Below are positions 11,098 to 20,664 of a stretch of DNA of 64,000 nucleotides, one piece after another (position 1 is the stretch's first letter; every line of letters starts with the position of its first letter). The notes beneath the pieces are model-generated. The model worked only from the letters and a program-made list of their open reading frames with translations. It searched no databases and was not told the DNA's origin. The DNA is taken from IMG/VR virus record IMGVR_UViG_3300018080_000107; one strand, 5' to 3'. Made by a program: the position numbers and the translations under genes. The DNA is from a virus.

Positions 11098-11556
11098 TTA
11101 TCGCAGACAGTTGAAGCGAACTTCAACATAGCCGTCTGTATCGACATCACTCTCAAACACACCTACCTTCTTATAGGTGTAACCATCGGCAGAAGCATTA
11201 TTTGTGAGAATACCACTTTGGTTCACATATGCCAATGCCCCAGCGACTAATGCAGCATCATGATTATGAATAACATTAGTCCGAATACGACCAGCCTCAA
11301 GTACGGGAACCATCCCGCCTTGCCAGACTTCAAAAGCCTTCTGGAAATTGACTGGACGTGAATCGCTGTTGTCAGCGATCATGTCATTTAGGAGACAACC
11401 AATAACCTCTGTCTTGTCACCATCCATGTCATCCACGACCTTGACATAACCGGCAGTACCGGATGACAACATCACGAAATAACCACGAGTAGCGACTTCG
11501 TTAAGACGGAACTTTGCTGTCTCGAAAAGAATCTGGCGATCACCTTTTAGAGCCAT
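11098..11556 (-). CDS. Capsid decoration/cement protein
   Basis: 152 aa between scaffold and capsid genes; GxxAYVxxxGxL...VGxF..DxDGYV beta-rich pattern. Confidence 0.6.
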   Translation of the reverse strand: MALKGDRQILFETAKFRLNEVATRGYFVMLSSGTAGYVKVVDDMDGDKTEVIGCLLNDMIADNSDSRPVNFQKAFEVWQGGMVPVLEAGRIRTNVIHNHDAALVAGALAYVNQSGILTNNASADGYTYKKVGVFESDVDTDGYVEVRFNCLR

Positions 11557-11558
11557 TC

Positions 11559-13199
11559 TTATTCCTCCTTAGTTTCTTCTTTACGAATACCAATATCTAA
11601 ATTATCAATAACTTCACGAAAATCATCAAACAGGCTACTTTCGCCATCGTCGTCAGCAGTGAAGTCTACCACTTCTTCTTCCTTGTCCGCTTTTTCCAAT
11701 GCATCCTCTACAGCATCCTCGATAGCCTCTTCCTCACTGACGGGTTCCTCTTTGGGTTCCTCAGCTTTATCCTCAGCAGGCTTCTGCTCTGCAGGAGGCT
11801 CCTCAACAGGTTTAGGCTCTTCCTTTGGTTCCTCTTTGGGCTCCTCTGGAGTTTCCTCTTCCTGTACTGGCTCCTCCGCAGGCTCTTCGACTGGTTCCTC
11901 CGCTGGAGATTCTTCTACAGGAGGCTCCTCTTCTGCTGGTACTTCCTCTGCAGCAGGCTCCTCTACGGGTGCCTCCTCAGTGGGTTCCTCTACAGGTGGT
12001 TCCTCTTTTGTAGGTTCCTCTACGGGTTCCTCAGTCTCCTCTGCTTCGGGCGTAGCCTCTTCTGCTGAAGTTTTGCCCATTTGCTCAGTAAGTTCCGAAA
12101 TCCTAGCCTCGGCTTCCTCAAACTGCTTCTTATAGGCAGCAATTCTCTCGTCTCGCTTGACTAGCTCTTCCTTCAACTCGGCTATTTGTGCCTCAAGCTC
12201 AGCTAAACGATTATCCACCTCAGACTCAGATGCCTCTACCTCTACGTCAGTGCTGTCAGACTCTAAAGATTCTTCAACTTTCGGTGTTTCCTCTTCGGAC
12301 TCATTCAATGTGGGAGTTTCCTCCTCAGTCCCTTCTGGAGTCGCCTCAAGCTGCTCATCCTTAAGCTGCTCTTCCTGAGATGCATTCGCCTGCGTCTTAT
12401 CAAGTTTTTCCCCAGCCATCAATACCTCCTCTGGGTCTGCGGAGAACAAAAATCCCTTAGTGTTCTCCTCAAGTAAACGTTGAAGCTCATCCGATACTAC
12501 AGTAGTACCAACATGCTCATCGCAAACAGAACGTATCACACTGTCCTTATTGGCAGGTTTTTCGACCAGGCCGATTCCGGCAATAGTCAAATTCCTTAAC
12601 ACTCTGCCAACTTTTTGGCCTTCAATAAGACCATCCCCTCCGTTCATCCTCAACTTCGGCTCAATGTAAGCAGACGTAATGGCATTTCTTTCTACGATTC
12701 TACTACCTACAGCATAATCATAGTCCGAATACCAAGCTTCAACACTAACAAAAAGCTCGCCAGTTTGCGCATACTCCCTAATTGTGCGTGCCTCTCCTGG
12801 AAAAACATGCGCGTACATAACGGACTCACTGATAATATCAAAGAACGTCGGAACACTGTCCGGGTCGCTAAGAATTTGTTCCTCTTCTATCCTCTTGCCA
12901 TCTTTTTTAGCAGGATATGTTGCAGTAATATGCCCCACGATCCTGTCATCATCATGTTCAATATTCATTGGTTTGTGACGACCAGTATCCCTGGCTTCCA
13001 ATAACTCAGAACCAAGAAAAACATCGTCGTTACGATTCATACCAACTGAAACCAAAACTGCGTCAATGCGCATAAGGTCTATTTGAGCATCAATATACTC
13101 TCCGTCGCAAGCCTCTTCTTTTTCTTCATGATGCGTCTCTAATGCAGTAGGCATCACGCTGGCTTTGGCAATAAATCGTGTCTTATGCAACTTGCTCAT
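11559..13199 (-). CDS. Prohead protease fused to acidic scaffold
   Basis: N-terminal protease motifs (NRNDDVF, KPMNIEHD, VSVE, GIGLVEKPAN); C-terminal coiled coil and E/P-rich region. Confidence 0.75.
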   Translation of the reverse strand: MSKLHKTRFIAKASVMPTALETHHEEKEEACDGEYIDAQIDLMRIDAVLVSVGMNRNDDVFLGSELLEARDTGRHKPMNIEHDDDRIVGHITATYPAKKDGKRIEEEQILSDPDSVPTFFDIISESVMYAHVFPGEARTIREYAQTGELFVSVEAWYSDYDYAVGSRIVERNAITSAYIEPKLRMNGGDGLIEGQKVGRVLRNLTIAGIGLVEKPANKDSVIRSVCDEHVGTTVVSDELQRLLEENTKGFLFSADPEEVLMAGEKLDKTQANASQEEQLKDEQLEATPEGTEEETPTLNESEEETPKVEESLESDSTDVEVEASESEVDNRLAELEAQIAELKEELVKRDERIAAYKKQFEEAEARISELTEQMGKTSAEEATPEAEETEEPVEEPTKEEPPVEEPTEEAPVEEPAAEEVPAEEEPPVEESPAEEPVEEPAEEPVQEEETPEEPKEEPKEEPKPVEEPPAEQKPAEDKAEEPKEEPVSEEEAIEDAVEDALEKADKEEEVVDFTADDDGESSLFDDFREVIDNLDIGIRKEETKEE

Positions 13200-13477
13200 T
13201 ACTTCAAACCCTTAACATACTTCATTATATCGTCCCAGGCTTCCAAACTATGGGCACCCTCAACAATAACACTCGTAACCTCATTTTTGGAGTCACGGTG
13301 AATAATAATATATACTCCGTCCATATAAATAGGACCGTCACTATCAGACTTATTCTCAAGCTCCAGCCAAATCTCCTGCATAGTATGCATTGTTTCCTCG
13401 TTTACGATTTTAGCTGTTGCTTTACCTTCACTCATGACTTTCTCTACTTCGCTCAAAATATCAAGATTCTTTTTCAT
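13199..13477 (-). CDS. Hypothetical protein
   Basis: 92 aa, coupled to neighbours. Confidence 0.6.
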   Translation of the reverse strand: MKKNLDILSEVEKVMSEGKATAKIVNEETMHTMQEIWLELENKSDSDGPIYMDGVYIIIHRDSKNEVTSVIVEGAHSLEAWDDIMKYVKGLK

Positions 13478-13480
13478 TTC

Positions 13481-13771
13481 CTAACCCTCTCTATTTATAC
13501 GGTTTAATGCATCAACGATCCTCTGGTGTTGATTACTATTATTAGAATCATGGGTATTGATGCAAGAGGTAAGTCCTTGGACTGCTTCTGTAAGCTTTAG
13601 GATGTTGGCTTGATTAACTCCGCTTTGCTTATCAATCACTTCTTTCCACACAGTCCTATCTTTTTCGTGGTCTGACAATATTCGCTTCAACAAAAACCAA
13701 CATGCAAAGCCTAGTGCGAAGACGCATACAACGGCTAAGCCATTTTCTTGAAGTAGCGAAACCCAGTCCAT
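13481..13771 (-). CDS. Small single-TM protein, BhlA/holin-like
   Basis: N-terminal TM (GLAVVCVFALGFACWFLL) then coiled coil. Confidence 0.45.
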   Translation of the reverse strand: MDWVSLLQENGLAVVCVFALGFACWFLLKRILSDHEKDRTVWKEVIDKQSGVNQANILKLTEAVQGLTSCINTHDSNNSNQHQRIVDALNRINREG

Positions 13772-15796
13772 TTATTCTCCTAACTGCTTCCGGCAAATTG
13801 CCCAAGCAGAACTTCTTAGTTTATCCTTCGCCTTTTCAGACGGAGCCTTGCCATTCTTCTCTTTATACTTCTTAACAAGTTTCTTATAAACTTGCTTGAC
13901 GCACCTGTCTAACTTAGCAGGCGCTTCCACTTTATAGAATACGGCATTAATAATATTTTCGCTATTAATACTTTCTATATTACTAAACCGCGACATTACA
14001 TCCATAGCAATTTCGCCTATTTCTGCCAAATCGGCAGCATTTAACGCACTTGCCTTAACATTACGCGATTCAGCAACTTGTTCTGCTACAACCTGCTTAA
14101 TATTTTTGAAAGCCTGATAAGCAGCAACTTTATATTTTTTATCTACAGCCATGCCCTTTGGTTTGGTGTCACGTTGAACTTCCTGCTTTTGTTCTGGTGC
14201 AGGATTTTCTCCCTTTTCAGGTCTACCGCCTGCCTCACCTGCTGGACCCTGTGCTGATGGAGCACTACTTGCTTCATTATCATTATCCTGTTGACCTTGA
14301 TCGTGAGGACCAAATTTACCCAATTTCTTAAGTGTGTTAGGTGACTTTTCCTCAAGAGATTTGCGCAACTTATCTTCTCTGCGCATTCTATTAACTTCAA
14401 TATCAAGGTCTTCGCCAAATCGCTCCAGTAAAGTCTTATAAGATATAATGTTACGATCAACAAGCTCAAGAAGCATTTTCTTTTCTGCATTCTCGTCACG
14501 CAATGACATATGTGCAAATTTGACAACGGGTGGCTTTCTAAGCCCCAAAGCCTTGCTAATATTCATCAAATGACAAGACAGCCACTCAAGAACCTGATAG
14601 CGGCCCGTCTCAAGCCTCTCTAATAGCGTCCTACAGCTTAGGAATGAATTTGAATACTTGCCCCCAGGTCCACCAATCAAGACCTCAGAAATGCCCAGAC
14701 CGGCCAATATATCAGCATTAACCTGGGTATACTTATCCGCACCAAGGATCTTCCCGGTATCAGGATAATCACTTTCAATAGAAACAAGGTCATCCCACAC
14801 AATTTGTTTTGATTTTGAGGGATTTCTAAGCATATCAGCAAATTTTTGGAACATCGCTGGCGAAGGTGGATAACCACTCTTAATATCGCCAAGCTTAAAA
14901 ATCTGAACCGCATTCTGAATACTCTCAGCAATAGAAATATCCATACTTCGCAGTGTATGCTTGAATTTTAGATCATCTACGACTCTCCACAGCATAGGAA
15001 TGGCCCAATCAGTATATGAATCCTTTTTGTAATAGATCATATATAGATCAGTAAGTGGAAATTCTCCAGTCGTAATAAATCTTTCCCACTGCTTTGGAGT
15101 CATGCCCTTCTTCATTTGGGCAACGAGTTCTTTTGTTTCTTGATCTGTGCGCCTAAGAGTTGCCTTGACCTCATCAAGATTGAACTCATAATAATAAGAT
15201 GGTCTTCCAAATAGATCCTTGCCCCTGCTCTTGACATGTAAAACATCTAAAACCCTAAACTTATAGGGAATTACCATTGGCTCTACATCATCTTTACAAA
15301 ATAGGTCTGATCCACCAACTGCAGCCACAGCACGCTTCATACGTCGTACAGAGTCCTCAGAAATTTTAGCATCATAATGTACTATGGGCACATTACCATC
15401 TCTATAGATGTCTTTTAATATTTCTTCTGCAACCCTATGAACCTGAACCTTTTTCGCCCATTTATTAAAAAATCTTTCTGCGGCTAATGATTCATGAACA
15501 ATAGTTAGTCCTTCAAGGGCAAAGTCAGTCATAATATCTACAACATTGCCAATTAGACCAATATTAAAATATGCACTTCTACAAGTTTTTATTTTTTCTG
15601 TTATGGGCTTAGACTTTGAGCGAGAAAATAAATCATAATTGGTTCCATTGGTAGTGGAAGACAACCGACGACTAATAACACGCTCTGACATCGGGGCATT
15701 CTCTTCACTATGACTTTCATGCCAAGCAGCAATTGCCTTGTCTCTGTTGGTATTATTCAAGCCCTCAAGTCCATTCTGCTTATTATCTGTACTCAT
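13772..15796 (-). CDS. Portal protein
   Basis: 674 aa directly after terminase; YRDGNV, YYKKD..WAIP and C-terminal GGRP motifs. Confidence 0.8.
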   Translation of the reverse strand: MSTDNKQNGLEGLNNTNRDKAIAAWHESHSEENAPMSERVISRRLSSTTNGTNYDLFSRSKSKPITEKIKTCRSAYFNIGLIGNVVDIMTDFALEGLTIVHESLAAERFFNKWAKKVQVHRVAEEILKDIYRDGNVPIVHYDAKISEDSVRRMKRAVAAVGGSDLFCKDDVEPMVIPYKFRVLDVLHVKSRGKDLFGRPSYYYEFNLDEVKATLRRTDQETKELVAQMKKGMTPKQWERFITTGEFPLTDLYMIYYKKDSYTDWAIPMLWRVVDDLKFKHTLRSMDISIAESIQNAVQIFKLGDIKSGYPPSPAMFQKFADMLRNPSKSKQIVWDDLVSIESDYPDTGKILGADKYTQVNADILAGLGISEVLIGGPGGKYSNSFLSCRTLLERLETGRYQVLEWLSCHLMNISKALGLRKPPVVKFAHMSLRDENAEKKMLLELVDRNIISYKTLLERFGEDLDIEVNRMRREDKLRKSLEEKSPNTLKKLGKFGPHDQGQQDNDNEASSAPSAQGPAGEAGGRPEKGENPAPEQKQEVQRDTKPKGMAVDKKYKVAAYQAFKNIKQVVAEQVAESRNVKASALNAADLAEIGEIAMDVMSRFSNIESINSENIINAVFYKVEAPAKLDRCVKQVYKKLVKKYKEKNGKAPSEKAKDKLRSSAWAICRKQLGE

Positions 15797-15837
15797 ATTT
15801 GAATCCCTGTTCGATAAACTGCTAAAAAAATACAGTG

Positions 15838-15857
15838 TCTACACTATTAAATACGAC
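15838..15857 (-). promoter_or_regulatory. Putative late promoter (CGTATTTAATAGTGTA)
   Basis: Second copy of the 16-mer, upstream of the portal gene. Confidence 0.55.
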
Positions 15858-17655
15858 TGAAATCTTCTGACCATCCACCATACGCACCTGGGTCAGCCCA
15901 ATTCCGATATGAATCCTTCTGTGGGTTCTTATAATCAGCCATTTCATGCGCAATAAAATTTGCTATTAAAAGCGCACTATATCTATCTTTACGTGGTTTT
16001 ATCTTACGTTTTTTATCCTCCAAAGAAGGCTGAATATCGAAATGCCTCTTGCCAGTAATAGTTTGAGTTACTGAGATTTGAGCCAACTCTTTTTTGCACG
16101 CCTCGATCTCATTATGGATCTCCTCCATAACATCAATATTCTCCCCTTTGTATTTCTTGCCGGATAAAGTCTGACTTGGAAATAAAATTTCACGATCTTC
16201 AATATTTTTCTGAAGTTGGAAATTAGCATCCTCAATCCACCGTGTTTCAAAATTAATCATATTAAGGATATATTTTCCAGGTCGTGACTTATTATCTTCA
16301 TCAAAACGATAAATGGGTGAGCGTCCGTCCAGCATTTGTGGATCTTGTAAAAAGTCTTCTACCGCCAATCCACCACCACCAAGGTCCATGCCGACCCGAA
16401 CAATATTAAACTTTTCCATCAACTCAAGCATATGGCGAGCATTTTTAGTAAACGGCTCATTAATAGATGTATAACAATAAACCACCTTTCGAGGATTGCC
16501 AAGCTCAACTATTACTATTCCAAATGCGTCACTTGTACGCGCAGGGTCAACCCCCATCACATATTCACGACCAAGAGTGCCATTAGGCTTAACAACAAAT
16601 CCATTCTGACCACTCGATGTTGCACGCATAATATCTTGGTGTTTAAAGAATCCATGAGATGTGTCAGCAAAGATACAATTATATTCCATATTGAACAACA
16701 TTGTACTCATGGTCATCTTGGCATTGGAAATCATATCTCTATCCAACATACCCTCTGGAACAAAGAACCAAGGCAGTGCTATCATCCCATAATCACGATA
16801 ATCAACCCACATATCTCCAAGGTCTTGGCCAAGTTTGTCCGCGACTTCATAGCCATAACCGATAGCTTCGCTCGCAACAATGGTTTCATACTGCTGATAT
16901 AACTTGTGGAAATTGCCACCAGTAAACCCAGCCGTACCGGCGATAACAATCTGGTTGCCCTCTCCAACTTTTCTAACCTTCTTCAGCCCCTCACGCTTTC
17001 TACGTGCAGCCTCTTTAATCTTCGCCATAGGATTAAGCTGTGTGGCTGCGAAACCACGTACAACAACATGCATTGTTTCTGGATCTACCGAATCCACTTC
17101 GTCCACAATAATGTGTGATGCACGTTGACCACGAATACCATCTCCATTACCCATAGGTAGCGCAGTGATTGTACTATCGCCTACCTTGAATATACAATGA
17201 TCAACACTTTTTCTTGGTTTCTCTCTAACACATGCCCTAAGCAAAGGGGCTCGCTTATATATGTTTTCTATTTCAGTGAAAATGTGTTTAGCTTGACGGA
17301 AGGTGGCTGATACGATAACAACCTTACTACCTTGATCAAACAAAGCACGTAAGGTTGCATAAACTGCCAGCGTGAATGTTTTAGAAGCACCACGAGATGC
17401 AAGCAGCAGTGGATATTTTTTAGTCCACAACATATATAGGAATGCTGTCTGATATGCCGCAAGTTCTGTATTGAGAATATATTTACACGCCCAACCTAAA
17501 CTATAATATGACAACCCGGCAATTTCAAAAAATGGTTCTTCAATTTTTGTAGTCCACTCACCTTGCGTAAGCGGATTAATAAGAAGTTCTGGATCAACCT
17601 CATTTTCCCAGTAATAATCTGGATTTATAATTGTACCTTCTGGCATTAGTCCCAA
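15847..17655 (-). CDS. terL: Terminase large subunit
   Basis: Walker A ASRGASKT, GDGIRGQRA, Walker B IIVDE, nuclease GVDPAR..D and KDRYSA. Confidence 0.9.
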   Translation of the reverse strand: MGLMPEGTIINPDYYWENEVDPELLINPLTQGEWTTKIEEPFFEIAGLSYYSLGWACKYILNTELAAYQTAFLYMLWTKKYPLLLASRGASKTFTLAVYATLRALFDQGSKVVIVSATFRQAKHIFTEIENIYKRAPLLRACVREKPRKSVDHCIFKVGDSTITALPMGNGDGIRGQRASHIIVDEVDSVDPETMHVVVRGFAATQLNPMAKIKEAARRKREGLKKVRKVGEGNQIVIAGTAGFTGGNFHKLYQQYETIVASEAIGYGYEVADKLGQDLGDMWVDYRDYGMIALPWFFVPEGMLDRDMISNAKMTMSTMLFNMEYNCIFADTSHGFFKHQDIMRATSSGQNGFVVKPNGTLGREYVMGVDPARTSDAFGIVIVELGNPRKVVYCYTSINEPFTKNARHMLELMEKFNIVRVGMDLGGGGLAVEDFLQDPQMLDGRSPIYRFDEDNKSRPGKYILNMINFETRWIEDANFQLQKNIEDREILFPSQTLSGKKYKGENIDVMEEIHNEIEACKKELAQISVTQTITGKRHFDIQPSLEDKKRKIKPRKDRYSALLIANFIAHEMADYKNPQKDSYRNWADPGAYGGWSEDFSRI

Positions 17656-18158
17656 TCTCCTCGTTCCGCTTTTTCCTCTTCGGCTTGATACTCAAGAAAG
17701 TATTGATACGCCTTAATCAAAATCTTCCTCGAAATGTCCTGTGCATTTTTGTGTGTACCAGCGAATATAACCTGAATATCATGTTTCAACATCAGGCTTA
17801 CAATTGAGCCAAGAATTGCGCTCGCACTCATACGTGTGTACCGCTGATTATGAATAGCAGACAGATAATCCTCAACCACAATAAACTTATGATCCACATG
17901 GTCCATTCTCTCAATCTCACGGTAGAATCTTGCACGATGCTTGCCGAGATTGTTGCATAATTCAGTAATCGTCTGCTTTCTTTCTATGATTACAAAATGC
18001 TCAAGCCCCTTAATGGAATAATCTCCATAATCAAGCTTCTGTACAATCATCCCAGCACAGTTCTTACTCTTCTTAAAATGAAATCCCTTTTTCTCCCTGG
18101 TGTCGCAGATAATCCAAGGTAGTTCAGGACTTTTCTTCGCCTTTTGCTTTTTTGGCAT
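17646..18158 (-). CDS. ERCC4/XPF-family nuclease
   Basis: CDTRE, LDYGDY, IERK motifs; start moved to MPKKQ. Confidence 0.85.
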   Translation of the reverse strand: MPKKQKAKKSPELPWIICDTREKKGFHFKKSKNCAGMIVQKLDYGDYSIKGLEHFVIIERKQTITELCNNLGKHRARFYREIERMDHVDHKFIVVEDYLSAIHNQRYTRMSASAILGSIVSLMLKHDIQVIFAGTHKNAQDISRKILIKAYQYFLEYQAEEEKAERGDWD

Positions 18159-18978
18159 CCTTGTCCACCCTTTCCTCAAGTTTAGGTGGCTCATAGTCTG
18201 CAGGTAGCTTCCCGTCTATAAAATTCTTAGCCAAATCAACGGGTTCTACTCCTAGAGCCAAATCGTTGTCTACCAACAAATTGACAGCTTCCTCCATCCT
18301 AAATTTCAACATTGTAGCCTCTTCACCGGCCAAAACGCGAGTGTGCCTTTCATTGATTTCTCTAATTAAGTTTGTAAAGTTTGTAGCACTATCCTCTTGT
18401 TTCTTTAGTCGCTGTCCACGTTCAATATCCAAACTATGTTTGAACTTCAAAATAAGCTCAGTTGCTTCCTTGATCTGCTTACTATTATCTACAAGTGTTT
18501 GACCACTCTGCCTCGATTCAAATTCTTCTTTTCGCAACCTAAGAATTGTTATTTGAAGCATTGTTAATTCATGCAGATCATCTTCCTCATGAGATGTCAA
18601 AGTCTCTATGTCAGGAGAAGAAAAATACTCCACATACTTTTCCTCGTACAGCCTTAGTTCATCTACGCTCAACCCCTGTCTCATCAAATGATATCGTGGC
18701 CTTTGCCTCAACTGATGTAAAAAGAACTCACGCCTTTCCTCTTCAGACATGCGTTTTAGACTTACGGCTTTGACAGGAGCCTTTATTATTTCATTATCAC
18801 TCGTCTTAGACTGAACGCCTCTTTTGGTTAAACCAAGTCTCTGCGTCCTCCACTTCAACACCGTACCACGAGGAACATGCAAAATTTTGCCCATCTCCTC
18901 ATCAGTCATTTTGAGATAGTTTTCTTTAATAAACCTCTCTTTTTTAGGCGTCAAAACATATTTCTTACGAATGCCCAT
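18124..18978 (-). CDS. HTH protein, candidate terminase small subunit
   Basis: N-terminal HTH (MTDEEMGKILHVPRGTVLKWR), helical body, upstream of terL. Confidence 0.45.
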   Translation of the reverse strand: MGIRKKYVLTPKKERFIKENYLKMTDEEMGKILHVPRGTVLKWRTQRLGLTKRGVQSKTSDNEIIKAPVKAVSLKRMSEEERREFFLHQLRQRPRYHLMRQGLSVDELRLYEEKYVEYFSSPDIETLTSHEEDDLHELTMLQITILRLRKEEFESRQSGQTLVDNSKQIKEATELILKFKHSLDIERGQRLKKQEDSATNFTNLIREINERHTRVLAGEEATMLKFRMEEAVNLLVDNDLALGVEPVDLAKNFIDGKLPADYEPPKLEERVDKDAKKAKGEEKS

Positions 18979-18980
18979 TT

Positions 18981-19502
18981 TTACCTCTTTCCACCACCGA
19001 TCAAACTACTCATACAACTTTTGCACTTGCTACCAAATGCCATCATATCCTGTGTTCCAACATCGAACTCTTTGCCGCATTGCGAACACTTTGCTTTTTG
19101 CTGCGGTAGCCTATTAACGCTTGCCTCGATGTCTATTGTGCCATCCTCTGCTCTTTTAACACGAGGATTTTTGGCAATGCCAGTTTCTTCTATTCCTTTG
19201 TCTTCAACAACTGGTTGCTTATCGGCATTCGCTGTCTTTTTGTTCCTCCGACGCCTACGCTTCTTCACTACCGGCTTTGCTTCTTCTTCAGCACTCTCTT
19301 CTTCTTCTGCGACAAAGCCAAGAAACATACTTGTTTTACACTCAGGACAAGCAAACGTCTGAAAAAATGCACCACGTGCCTTAATATCTTCTGGCACATC
19401 TTCCATTTCACTAACGTCAAGTATGGCCAACTTATCAAGGTCAACCTTTTTACCACACTTTAGGCAAACAACCTTTGAAATATACGCATCTTTATACAAC
19501 AT
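18981..19502 (-). CDS. Zn-ribbon protein
   Basis: Four CxxC motifs; AGGAGG before MLYKD. Confidence 0.6.
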   Translation of the reverse strand: MLYKDAYISKVVCLKCGKKVDLDKLAILDVSEMEDVPEDIKARGAFFQTFACPECKTSMFLGFVAEEEESAEEEAKPVVKKRRRRRNKKTANADKQPVVEDKGIEETGIAKNPRVKRAEDGTIDIEASVNRLPQQKAKCSQCGKEFDVGTQDMMAFGSKCKSCMSSLIGGGKR

Positions 19503-19510
19503 AAATCCTC

Positions 19511-20164
19511 CTACCAATCAAGTGTATTATACACTACGTCCTTCACTGCATCAAACAATCTTTCCTCGTCTTCGGGTGATATTCCAGAATTAGCAAGCAT
19601 CATTCTATATGGCACTATCAAACCACTTGGAAGCATGACGCCTATATCATCTATCGCCCGTTCATAATATTCTTCTTGATCAAAAATAAACCCATTGCTC
19701 TGCTGTGTATTCCACGAGAACTCAGGATCACATCTCATATGCGCAATCCCCTCTTTTTTCCTTTTGTTCTCTAGGTAGTCCTTATATCTATCACATTTTT
19801 CTAAATCTTCCCCATGAAGAAAGCATTCACCATTTCTATAAAACACACAGCGAGCGCACACATTTGTTCTACGCAATGTATGACGACGCCTTAAATCTCT
19901 AAGGCAATTGTCAACACATCTTCCAAAAAAATTGAATGCAGAATGTGTTCCCGGCCTGAATTTCGCAATAATCTTCGAGCATTTAAGCCGAATTTCTTGT
20001 GCAACATCATCAATAGCATACACACCAATAGAACCAAATTGTTTGCTTTTAACAGCAGCAATATACTCTACGATTGGCTCTATATCAGAATAAACTAATG
20101 GGCGCTTTGTTGCTATATCTATGATTTGTTTTTCAATGCCGGTGATTTCCGACTTACTCACCAT
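19511..20164 (-). CDS. Phage sigma70-like factor (region 2) with Cys-rich insert
   Basis: DDVAQEIRL...FFGRCVDNCLRDLRR resembles sigma region 2; CARC..C..C insert. Confidence 0.6.
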   Translation of the reverse strand: MVSKSEITGIEKQIIDIATKRPLVYSDIEPIVEYIAAVKSKQFGSIGVYAIDDVAQEIRLKCSKIIAKFRPGTHSAFNFFGRCVDNCLRDLRRRHTLRRTNVCARCVFYRNGECFLHGEDLEKCDRYKDYLENKRKKEGIAHMRCDPEFSWNTQQSNGFIFDQEEYYERAIDDIGVMLPSGLIVPYRMMLANSGISPEDEERLFDAVKDVVYNTLDW

Positions 20165-20333
20165 CTATTGTTCCTATCTGGTTATCAGTAATGATGTCCT
20201 GGATTTCTCCCGCTATCACACCACTTGGTGTCACTTCTCTAAATGCCCTGCTCTTTTTCAAAACAGGGTCTGCAGAGTTGGCCTTAACTGGTTTGTCACC
20301 CCAGTTGATCCTATTTTCTTCTCGATCACTCAT
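20154..20333 (-). CDS. Hypothetical protein (59 aa)
   Basis: GGAGG SD; MSDREENRINWG...; fills the gap between genes. Confidence 0.55.
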   Translation of the reverse strand: MSDREENRINWGDKPVKANSADPVLKKSRAFREVTPSGVIAGEIQDIITDNQIGTIDGE

Positions 20334-20655
20334 GTTTTACCTCCCGCAGACACGAACAAAGCTGCAGCAATGGCAATCCACCATACTGCTCCTCATTAGA
20401 CTCAAACAGCCCAACGTAACCCATGCCATAACACTTTCGACAATTGTTCTTGGCACGATACCGCTTAACAGACACACCATCTTTTGCACTTGCATCTGCC
20501 TCCCTAACATGGAAAACACGCCTTGCCCCCATCTCGACATCCTCAATGGGCATAAGAGGCATCTCACCATACCTTTCCACGACCTCCTGAATAAGCTCCT
20601 TCAGGTCTGTCGATTCCTTCTTCTCTTCTACCTTTTCGGCTCTCTGTTCTTCCAT
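20326..20655 (-). CDS. Hypothetical Zn-binding protein
   Basis: CRKCYGMG and CSC motifs. Confidence 0.6.
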   Translation of the reverse strand: MEEQRAEKVEEKKESTDLKELIQEVVERYGEMPLMPIEDVEMGARRVFHVREADASAKDGVSVKRYRAKNNCRKCYGMGYVGLFESNEEQYGGLPLLQLCSCLREVKHE

Positions 20656-20664
20656 TACGTCCTC

